The position numbers and the translations under genes are program-made. The notes below the pieces were generated by a model, which did no database searches, had not been told where the DNA came from, and saw only the letters and a list, made by a program, of their open reading frames with translations. Below are positions 8,200 through 13,887 of a stretch of DNA of 20,000 bases, piece after piece; the stretch's first letter is position 1, and each line of letters begins with the position of its first letter. Source of the stretch: an uncultured virus (IMG/VR IMGVR_UViG_3300038335_000131) (lineage: Duplodnaviria; Heunggongvirae; Uroviricota; Caudoviricetes); IMG/VR virus record IMGVR_UViG_3300038335_000131, positions 52,319 to 72,318 of that record, one strand, 5' to 3'.

Positions 8200-8236
8200 A
8201 AAAGAAAACCCCTCTCTCGCGCGTGCGAGGAGGGGC
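8200..8236 (-). terminator. Rho-independent terminator closing the early/middle operon
   Basis: Minus strand gcccctcctcgc-acgc-gcgagagagggg followed by ttttctttt. Confidence 0.75.
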
Positions 8237-8265
8237 TGGGAAGGTTTGAAAATAATTATAATGTA

Positions 8266-8451
8266 TTATTTATTAGTTCTATTTTCCGTAGTTAATAAGC
8301 GAGCCAGTTGTTGTAACCCGTTTACGATATCTACGGTGTCATTTGTTATATTGAATTTCTGTGATGCGAGGTAACCGTCTTGCAACATAATCACTATAGT
8401 GAATCCTCCATGACGATCGTCTTCTACTGTTATATTATTTAAAGTGCTCAT
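8266..8451 (-). CDS. Small AT-rich hypothetical protein
   Basis: 61-aa ORF with a strong SD (GAGGAGG) right after the mor-like stop. Confidence 0.65.
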   Translation of the reverse strand: MSTLNNITVEDDRHGGFTIVIMLQDGYLASQKFNITNDTVDIVNGLQQLARLLTTENRTNK

Positions 8452-8463
8452 GAGACCTCCTCT

Positions 8464-8769
8464 TTATTCAAACAACTTACCTTGCTGTAATTTCCCGCGT
8501 AAAATATCACGGATGCGCGTCTCCGTCAAGCCGTAACGCCGCGCCAGTTCCAGATGGTTGAATCCGGTGAACTCTTTGCGGATCCGTTCATCGCGTTTAT
8601 CCATGAGCAGGCCGTCGAGTTTGCGGAAATAAAATCGCGTGCCGCCGAGGTACTCACTAAGGCTCAGTGTTGCCTCAACGCCGATGATTTCCGCGATGTC
8701 CTGGTAACATTCAGGGAGACTTTCGGTGGTCATCTCGGCAGCGATTTCTTTTAGCCATTCACCTTTCAC
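8464..8769 (-). CDS. mor: Mor/C-family transcription activator
   Basis: LSEYLGGTRFYF, RDERIRKEFTGFNHLELARRYGLTETRIRDIL. Positioned just before the late genes. Confidence 0.88.
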   Translation of the reverse strand: MKGEWLKEIAAEMTTESLPECYQDIAEIIGVEATLSLSEYLGGTRFYFRKLDGLLMDKRDERIRKEFTGFNHLELARRYGLTETRIRDILRGKLQQGKLFE

Positions 8770-8783
8770 TATTCACCCTTCAC
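8758..8783 (-). repeat. GTGAANN heptamer array (4 units) at the gemA/mor junction
   Basis: ttcac at 8758, 8765, 8772 and 8779. It contains the gemA TAG overlapping the mor GTG at 8769. Confidence 0.85.
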
Positions 8784-9266
8784 GGTTTGATGATCCAGCA
8801 TTTTTTTCAGTCCTTCTATAACGGTCGAGGCTTCCCAGTCTTTTGTGATGCGTTCTATTCTGTAAAACTTTTTAATCCAGTGATGAAAGCCATCTTCGAC
8901 ACGCCACTTTATTTGTCCGGCCAGGGCGTCGATCATATCAAGCTGTTCTCTCGACGGCATGACAACAACATTTTCCGGACGATCCTTGCGGGGCATGGAT
9001 CGGAAATCCTGAAAGGCGTTTGTTCCTCGTGTATATTTTTTTCGCCTGGGAATTTTGAAGCCTAATGTTTTGAAATGATCGATCAACTTCGATGCCTGAT
9101 GATAATTCAGATCCGTGCATGATGATGCCTTGCATTGAAGCCACAGAATGTCCCTGTATATCTGATCGGATAAACCGAGATTGCTTACTGCTGTATGAAT
9201 TATCTTGATTTGCAACGGTTCGATTTTTTTAACGGGCCGTTCTATTTTCACACCGGTATTAATCAT
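8769..9266 (-). CDS. gemA: GemA / Mu gp16 (DUF1018) family regulator
   Basis: IHTAVSNLGLSDQIYRDIL...SSCTDL...LIDHFKTLGF and C-terminal ASTVIEGLKKM. Confidence 0.85.
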   Translation of the reverse strand: MINTGVKIERPVKKIEPLQIKIIHTAVSNLGLSDQIYRDILWLQCKASSCTDLNYHQASKLIDHFKTLGFKIPRRKKYTRGTNAFQDFRSMPRKDRPENVVVMPSREQLDMIDALAGQIKWRVEDGFHHWIKKFYRIERITKDWEASTVIEGLKKMLDHQTVKGE

Positions 9267-9472
9267 GATCTATGCCTCAAAATGCCGCAAATATAACTGA
9301 CTGTAAAAAACAAACTCACAAGGGAAATACCCCACTGCCCGGCTGTAATCGTGGCGTAAATCCAAAACGGCTGGCCGCACAGGCCGCAAATGAAACCGAG
9401 TTGGTATCGTTTGCCGGACAGCGCCCAAATCGAAATACAAGAGAAAAAGAATATGGCTACTTGAATAATCAT
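9263..9472 (-). CDS. Small multi-TM membrane protein
   Basis: 69 aa, almost entirely hydrophobic (GFICGLCGQPFWIY...QWG), with ATGA overlaps on both sides. Confidence 0.7.
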   Translation of the reverse strand: MIIQVAIFFFSCISIWALSGKRYQLGFICGLCGQPFWIYATITAGQWGISLVSLFFTVSYICGILRHRS

Positions 9473-10014
9473 ATTTTTTTACCTATGCCGTTAACAATAT
9501 CACGACATCGCTGCATATTGGCTTCTGCCACCTCAGGAGGAACGCTCCTGGGTGTTTCTTCCTTCTCCGGCCTGCCGTTCCCGGCCAGTGCGTTTCCTTC
9601 GCGCACGCGCAGATCCTTTTCGTCCTGTTTGGATTTTCCTTTTCCTTCGCGCTCGGAGATATCGATCATAATCTGTTTTAGGTAATTATGATTAGTCAGG
9701 TGCTTTTTGAAATCCCTTTTTATCATGATGTCCAGCGCCTCGCCGATTCCGGCGTGACTGATTCCGTATGTGACTTTTTCAAACGCGAATGATTGCGCGT
9801 CGAATAACTTTTTCATCTCTTCGATGATGAGCCGCAGCTTCTTGGCCTTGATGTGCATGGGCGTGACGCCGAATAGCTGCGCGTACCCCATGACCAGGTG
9901 CGCATACCGCGAACCAAAAGAGGGCAGCGCGGCGATGACGTAACGTAAATCCTTGTCTGTAATAACATCCATAAAATTTATCTCCTTATTGCAGTGTGGG
10001 CAGTGATCGGTCAT
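9469..10014 (-). CDS. Hypothetical protein with N-terminal CxxC
   Basis: 181-aa ORF with CPHC and an LTNHNYL motif reminiscent of Mu-like semi-essential genes. Translationally coupled to its neighbours. Confidence 0.75.
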   Translation of the reverse strand: MTDHCPHCNKEINFMDVITDKDLRYVIAALPSFGSRYAHLVMGYAQLFGVTPMHIKAKKLRLIIEEMKKLFDAQSFAFEKVTYGISHAGIGEALDIMIKRDFKKHLTNHNYLKQIMIDISEREGKGKSKQDEKDLRVREGNALAGNGRPEKEETPRSVPPEVAEANMQRCRDIVNGIGKKI

Positions 10015-10313
10015 TTTTTAGTTTCCTTATGTAACATCGCTTTTGATGTGACTTTTAATGATAAACAAACAAAGCCCTCCTGAAGACCATATCGTCGATC
10101 GTATAGTATATGAGTTATTCTGGCCGAGATTGATGATCCCGTATAAATCAACGGCTTTCCTTTTCGCATTTCTGCGCCGGAATATTTTGTCTCTCTTAAA
10201 AGCAATCTATCACCGGTGCTGAAAGTTCTGTCATTATAGCGAATCTCGCAAGACTTCTCCTCGTTGAAGAGATATTTAAATGGAATCTTGTCGCATTTTA
10301 ATTCGTGTACCAT
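10011..10313 (-). CDS. ASCH/PUA-like (DUF3850) domain protein
   Basis: HELK...F...KSCEIRYNDRTFSTGDRLLLRE...YTG...ITHIL...GFVCLSL. Confidence 0.85.
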   Translation of the reverse strand: MVHELKCDKIPFKYLFNEEKSCEIRYNDRTFSTGDRLLLRETKYSGAEMRKGKPLIYTGSSISARITHILYDRRYGLQEGFVCLSLKVTSKAMLHKETKK

Positions 10314-10315
10314 TG

Positions 10316-10453
10316 TTATTTCTCCTCACATTTTTTATCCAGCCATTGACAACTAACGCCTGCTATCTGCCAGGCTTTTCTGATGATCGTCAGCGGAAGG
10401 CTGACAACAAAACAAACTATGATTATCCAGCCGATTAATATTTTTTTGATCAT
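10316..10453 (-). CDS. Small membrane protein (45 aa)
   Basis: ATG 10453 overlaps the upstream TGA (ATGA). MIKKILIGWIIIVCFVVSLPL is a hydrophobic helix. Confidence 0.55.
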   Translation of the reverse strand: MIKKILIGWIIIVCFVVSLPLTIIRKAWQIAGVSCQWLDKKCEEK

Positions 10454-10734
10454 GATATTTTCCCTTCGCTTTCTCCTGGATTCCGGCCTTCGCCGGAATG
10501 ACACACTTTATTTGGTAAAAAAAACTTGTATGCCAATATCTTTTCGCGTGGTTCATTAATAGCCTCCGATATATGAGCAAGTAGAAATTTACCTGCTTTC
10601 GCAAGGCCAAAAATAATTACTCCAATTACCAGTAAGGTAATCGCGATCAGGAAAATAGTAATTGTCATCAAAAAAAACATTTTAGCGACCAATGTCACCG
10701 CCTGACCATAATCAACCATTACAATGCCTTCCAT
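10450..10734 (-). CDS. Membrane protein whose C-terminus contains a translated palindrome
   Basis: AAGGAGG SD upstream, long TM segment, and CHSGEGRNP encoded by the element at 10477-10502. Confidence 0.65.
   Translation of the reverse strand: MEGIVMVDYGQAVTLVAKMFFLMTITIFLIAITLLVIGVIIFGLAKAGKFLLAHISEAINEPREKILAYKFFLPNKVCHSGEGRNPGESEGKIS
10477..10502 (-). repeat. GTCATTCC..GGAATCCA palindrome (CGTC-type REP / dRS3-like), copy 1
   Basis: Plus strand tggattccggccttcgccggaatgac. Confidence 0.85.
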
Positions 10735-10747
10735 AATTCCCTCCTTT

Positions 10748-10924
10748 TTAAACTTCGTAGTCTTCGCATCCTTTTTTTTCTCCCGGTTTGGGTATTGATT
10801 CCGGGAAAAACTTTTGTTTTTTTAAACAATACGCCCATCGCCAAACGTGCGGTTCATGCCGCCATCCATAGTGCGCGCATGTTGCGCAGATCCTCTCCAG
10901 TGGCGCGCTCAGTTCAGGACTCAT
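10748..10924 (-). CDS. Small Cys-rich protein (58 aa), below the ORF-track cutoff
   Basis: MSPELSAPLERICATCAHYGWRHEPHVWRWAYCLKKQKFFPESIPKPGEKKGCEDYEV. ATGA overlap with the upstream stop, and it fills the gap exactly. Confidence 0.7.
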   Translation of the reverse strand: MSPELSAPLERICATCAHYGWRHEPHVWRWAYCLKKQKFFPESIPKPGEKKGCEDYEV

Positions 10925-11142
10925 TTAAATGCACCGAGTGTACCTATAATTAACGCGATGCATGGCAGGTGTTTGTCCAACCAGGCCATAATGCGGCGCA
11001 GGTGGCGGGGCGGATATTTAACTTCTGCATCGCAACAAGTTTCAATTGAGAAAAGAATCCGACAATTATTTGAATATTGCGGATCGTGTTGCATGCACGA
11101 ATCTTTTGTACATATCGGTTCGCTAAAAATTAACTTCTTCAT
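10921..11142 (-). CDS. Small Cys-rich protein with C-terminal hydrophobic segment (73 aa)
   Basis: AGGAG lies 8 nt before ATG 11142 (MKKLIFSEPIC...). The track's longer start would overlap the upstream gene. Confidence 0.65.
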   Translation of the reverse strand: MKKLIFSEPICTKDSCMQHDPQYSNNCRILFSIETCCDAEVKYPPRHLRRIMAWLDKHLPCIALIIGTLGAFK

Positions 11143-11154
11143 GTTTTTATCTCC

Positions 11155-11180
11155 TGGATTCCCGCCTGCGCGGGAATGAC
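11155..11180 (-). repeat. GTCATTCC..GGAATCCA palindrome, copy 2 (intergenic, fused to an SD)
   Basis: Plus strand tggattcccgcctgcgcgggaatgac. Confidence 0.9.
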
Positions 11181-11183
11181 AAA

Positions 11184-11363
11184 TTATTTTTCCCGGCACT
11201 TTTTCCAGCCGCCATAACCGTAATCACTTTTATATTTTATTTCGCAGTCCGCGAAATCCCATCCCGCCATCGCGCAAGCGTCACGTACGGTCGCAGCGCG
11301 GTCTTCCCACCATTCGTTTGTTTTTGTATTTCTGATTCGATATACTTGTTTTGCTTTTACCAT
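11184..11363 (-). CDS. Small hypothetical protein (59 aa), below the ORF-track cutoff
   Basis: MVKAKQVYRIRNTKTNEWWEDRAATVRDACAMAGWDFADCEIKYKSDYGYGGWKKCREK. It fills the gap after gam. Confidence 0.7.
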   Translation of the reverse strand: MVKAKQVYRIRNTKTNEWWEDRAATVRDACAMAGWDFADCEIKYKSDYGYGGWKKCREK

Positions 11364-11402
11364 TTACCATTCACCCTTCACCCTTCACTTTTCACTCTTC
11401 AC
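11356..11402 (-). repeat. GTGAANN heptamer array (7 units) at the 3' end of gam
   Basis: Plus-strand tttac/ttcac at 11356, 11363, 11370, 11377, 11384, 11391 and 11398. Confidence 0.9.
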
Positions 11403-11879
11403 GGTGTATTCAAATTCCTCTTTCGGTTTCCGCTCCGCGCCGATGAGCACGAGTTTGGCGTCCGGCCACTTTTCTATTTTGTTGCGGTCGAGCGATTCGA
11501 CGATCTTAATAACATCAATGAATTTGTTTTCCTTGCAGGCTGCCAATGCTGTTTTGGGAATGCTGACATGATCGCCTTCGTTACGGATCAGTGAGCCATG
11601 CGGCAGATTGACAACGTCGGTACCGTCAAAAAGGACTCCTTTGTTTCTCTTCATTAACGTGGTGAGTTCCTTTTCCAGCGCGCTTTTGTCGTTACGCAAC
11701 GCATCGAGAAACTCTTTATAGGGCAACAACACTGCTTCCATTTCGGCGTTCGCCTTTGCTTCTAAATCAGTTATGCGTTCATTGATGTGTTTCACAAGAA
11801 GGAGCTTTTCATTTGCTTCTTCCTGGATTCCCGCCTTCGCGGGAATGACACTTTTCACATTTCTCTTTCCACTCTTCAC
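11385..11879 (-). CDS. gam: Mu Gam-like host-nuclease inhibitor
   Basis: Long N-terminal coiled coil, then LF...VNLPHGSL and IKIVESLDRNKI...IGAERKPKEEF. Position downstream of the ATPase. Confidence 0.8.
   Translation of the reverse strand: MKSGKRNVKSVIPAKAGIQEEANEKLLLVKHINERITDLEAKANAEMEAVLLPYKEFLDALRNDKSALEKELTTLMKRNKGVLFDGTDVVNLPHGSLIRNEGDHVSIPKTALAACKENKFIDVIKIVESLDRNKIEKWPDAKLVLIGAERKPKEEFEYTVKSEK
11824..11849 (-). repeat. GTCATTCC..GGAATCCA palindrome, copy 3, translated as VIPAKAGIQ in Gam
   Basis: Plus strand tggattcccgccttcgcgggaatgac. Confidence 0.9.
11854..11879 (-). repeat. Degenerate heptamer array (4 units) forming the gam 5' end
   Basis: Minus strand gtgaaga gtggaaa gagaaat gtgaaaa with period 7. 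Confidence 0.65.
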
Positions 11880-11881
11880 GA

Positions 11882-12277
11882 TTATGTTGCCTCCATTTCA
11901 AGTTGAAGTTGTCCGAGATAGGCGGGCAGAGAAACTTTTTCCGCGAGTGAGTTTTGTTTGAGGATGATCAGTGCCTTGATTTTCCGTTTGCGCAGGTAGT
12001 CAGTATATTCACTGCCCGCAGCGGGTATGTAGTATCCGCCATCGTTCTGAGAGGAGGATGAACATATCGCAACGCCTTCATCCCGCAGGGCCGTGATTAA
12101 TGTCCGCAGGGCGCGGGTGTCGTTGATCTTATCGTTCCAGGGACGATCAAAGACGATCTCATAAAGCGCGGTCATACTGATGGCGTTAATTTTACCGACG
12201 TGGTTAAACATTTCCGACTGCAAACGGCTCCTGTTCTCAGATGTATCGATTTCTCTGCTTTTTTCTTTTTCAATCAT
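11882..12277 (-). CDS. Winged-helix DNA-binding protein
   Basis: RALRTLITALRDEGVAICSSS...GGYYI wHTH pattern, with AAGGAGG SD upstream. Confidence 0.75.
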   Translation of the reverse strand: MIEKEKSREIDTSENRSRLQSEMFNHVGKINAISMTALYEIVFDRPWNDKINDTRALRTLITALRDEGVAICSSSSQNDGGYYIPAAGSEYTDYLRKRKIKALIILKQNSLAEKVSLPAYLGQLQLEMEAT

Positions 12278-12326
12278 TTTGTGCCTCCTTTAAGATCTCA
12301 TCTCCTCGCAAAGATTTAATCTTAAT

Positions 12327-12353
12327 GCGGCGCGTTCGGGGAACGCACCCTAC
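12327..12353 (-). repeat. GTAG-tagged REP-like palindrome
   Basis: Minus strand GTAG-ggtgcgttc-ccc-gaacgcgcc-gc. Confidence 0.65.
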
Positions 12354-12505
12354 CTCGTGAATATCCTCAGGCAGATCGGCCCGAAATGGAGCACCGCAAT
12401 GATGATGACGGCCCAGCACAGGATTTCCATCGACCATTTATACAAAGGCACGCGCCTTTTTTTTATCGGCATTTTCTCAATGTACGGTACAAAGTTTTCA
12501 ATCAT
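12350..12505 (-). CDS. Small single-TM protein (51 aa), below the ORF-track cutoff
   Basis: MIENFVPYIEKMPIKKRRVPLYKWSMEILCWAVIIIAVLHFGPICLRIFTR, with GGGGGTG 5 nt upstream of the ATG. Confidence 0.65.
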   Translation of the reverse strand: MIENFVPYIEKMPIKKRRVPLYKWSMEILCWAVIIIAVLHFGPICLRIFTR

Positions 12506-12509
12506 GTTT

Positions 12510-12544
12510 TCACCCCCACCTGGCCTCCCCCCTCAAGGGGGAGG
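12510..12544 (+). repeat. CCTC..GAGG REP-like palindrome
   Basis: tcacccccacctggcctcccccctcaagggggagg, similar to the element inside the TraR-like gene. Confidence 0.7.
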
Positions 12545-12546
12545 AA

Positions 12547-12579
12547 CTAATCCTCTAATCCGTCTAAACTTCTAATCCT
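12547..12579. repeat. Octamer-type tandem repeat (ctaatcct x about 4)
   Basis: ctaatcct ctaatccgt ctaaactt ctaatcct, just downstream of the ATPase stop. Confidence 0.7.
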
Positions 12580-12585
12580 CTTTCC

Positions 12586-13842
12586 CTAAATCGCCATGAC
12601 GACGTCTGCCGTGACTTTCTTTTCTCCCATTTCAAATGCCAGGTTCATGGCCCGCGCGGCGTAGTTATTGACGATCAGCGGATAGGCGTGTGATACGGTT
12701 TTATCGCGCCGGTCTTTGGTTGTCAGTCGGCGGCTCAGCGCGGCAAAGGCGTTATCATCGAAAATGTCTTCGATCTTCACGTTGATGCGTTTGAATTTCA
12801 GTTTTAAATATTCTTTCGTATTGCCGTTGAGGCCCTTGATTTCCGCCGTCTGTATTCTGCGGATCACTTCGCGCATTTCGATGTGCGCCTGCTCATTGAA
12901 AAGGTTTTTCAGTTCTGTCTGGCCCACCAGGATGATGCCCAAAAGTTTTCTGTAGCCGTCTTCCATTTCGGAAAAGCGTTTTAAATATTTGAGTGTGTTG
13001 GTGTTCAGATCGTGCGCTTCCTCAATAATAAGGACGGCCCTGAAATTCTGCTTTGCCCTCTCCAGCAGAAGTTTGTGCACCTGGCGGGATTTTGACTCTA
13101 AAGTTCTGGCCGGTTTTTGTTCCGACAGATCCATGATGATGGCGTCGCAAATACTCGATGAGTTGACTCTTGTTTTATCGATCATCTTGGGGAAAATTAC
13201 GATGGTGTCGCCGTCCTTGTTTAGCTGCTCAATGACCTTGCGGCGTATAACCGATTTGCCGCTGCCGACCTCGCCGATGACGGCGAGAAATCCCGCGTGC
13301 CGCGCTGTGTCCAGCATTGCCGCTTCGATGTAACGATGTTCTTCGCTCATGAAAATGTCCGAATCCTTTTGAATGTCGTCAATAAAAGGGTTCCTGAATA
13401 TTTTAAAATGTTTCATTGCTTCCTGATCTATCATCTCGACCTCCACGCTATTGATTAATTGTTCAGGGTTTCCCGGCACGATTGCCGCTATCCGTCTTGT
13501 CGCCCACGTTCTGTCGCTCCGTCCTGCCGGAGCAACTGCGCGCAAATCCTTGCCCAGCGGCTGCCAGATGTCTTCAATTTTCATCTGCCGTTCGATCAGC
13601 CACTGCATGGCTCGCGGGTTGGCTGATATCTCCGCTTCTACGATTGCTTTAAAATCCAGCCGCTCTTTCGGCATGTATCCGCGATTGAACGTGAGGTTGA
13701 TCGAGGCGCGGCTTAATTTCGTAGCCTTGCCGATCAGCGTCTGACTGATGCCGCACTCCACGCACACTTCTTTTAAAATGATTGGCTTGAAATCCATCTC
13801 GTAGGCTGATTGTTCGTTTACTTTTGGTCTCGCCATTGCCAT
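12586..13842 (-). CDS. Transposition ATPase (MuB-equivalent, ExeA-like AAA) with N-terminal HTH
   Basis: Walker A GEVGSGKS, Walker B LIIEEAH, ILVGQTEL and YPL motifs. Follows the transposase. Confidence 0.9.
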   Translation of the reverse strand: MAMARPKVNEQSAYEMDFKPIILKEVCVECGISQTLIGKATKLSRASINLTFNRGYMPKERLDFKAIVEAEISANPRAMQWLIERQMKIEDIWQPLGKDLRAVAPAGRSDRTWATRRIAAIVPGNPEQLINSVEVEMIDQEAMKHFKIFRNPFIDDIQKDSDIFMSEEHRYIEAAMLDTARHAGFLAVIGEVGSGKSVIRRKVIEQLNKDGDTIVIFPKMIDKTRVNSSSICDAIIMDLSEQKPARTLESKSRQVHKLLLERAKQNFRAVLIIEEAHDLNTNTLKYLKRFSEMEDGYRKLLGIILVGQTELKNLFNEQAHIEMREVIRRIQTAEIKGLNGNTKEYLKLKFKRINVKIEDIFDDNAFAALSRRLTTKDRRDKTVSHAYPLIVNNYAARAMNLAFEMGEKKVTADVVMAI

Positions 13843-13854
13843 CTCCTCTTTTCT

Positions 13855-13880
13855 GTCATTCCCGCCTGCGCGGGAATCCA
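13855..13880 (+). repeat. GTCATTCC..GGAATCCA palindrome, copy 4 (opposite orientation), between the transposase and ATPase genes
   Basis: Plus strand gtcattcccgcctgcgcgggaatcca. Confidence 0.9.
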
Positions 13881-13887
13881 GTATTTT

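Noticed and set aside
10353..10610. 85-aa ORF containing VIPAKAGIQ
   Set aside because: It is an alternate frame across two better-supported genes, and the peptide is just the palindrome read in another frame.
5770..12363. Identical 11-mer cctcgtgaata at 5770 and 12353, ending two small TM genes (FTR)
   Set aside because: An 11-bp match is expected by chance in 20 kb, and it partly overlaps the heptamer motif.
10477..13880. Palindromic 26-bp repeats as a CRISPR array
   Set aside because: The copies are hundreds to thousands of bp apart, have mixed orientation, lack regular spacers, and there are no cas genes.
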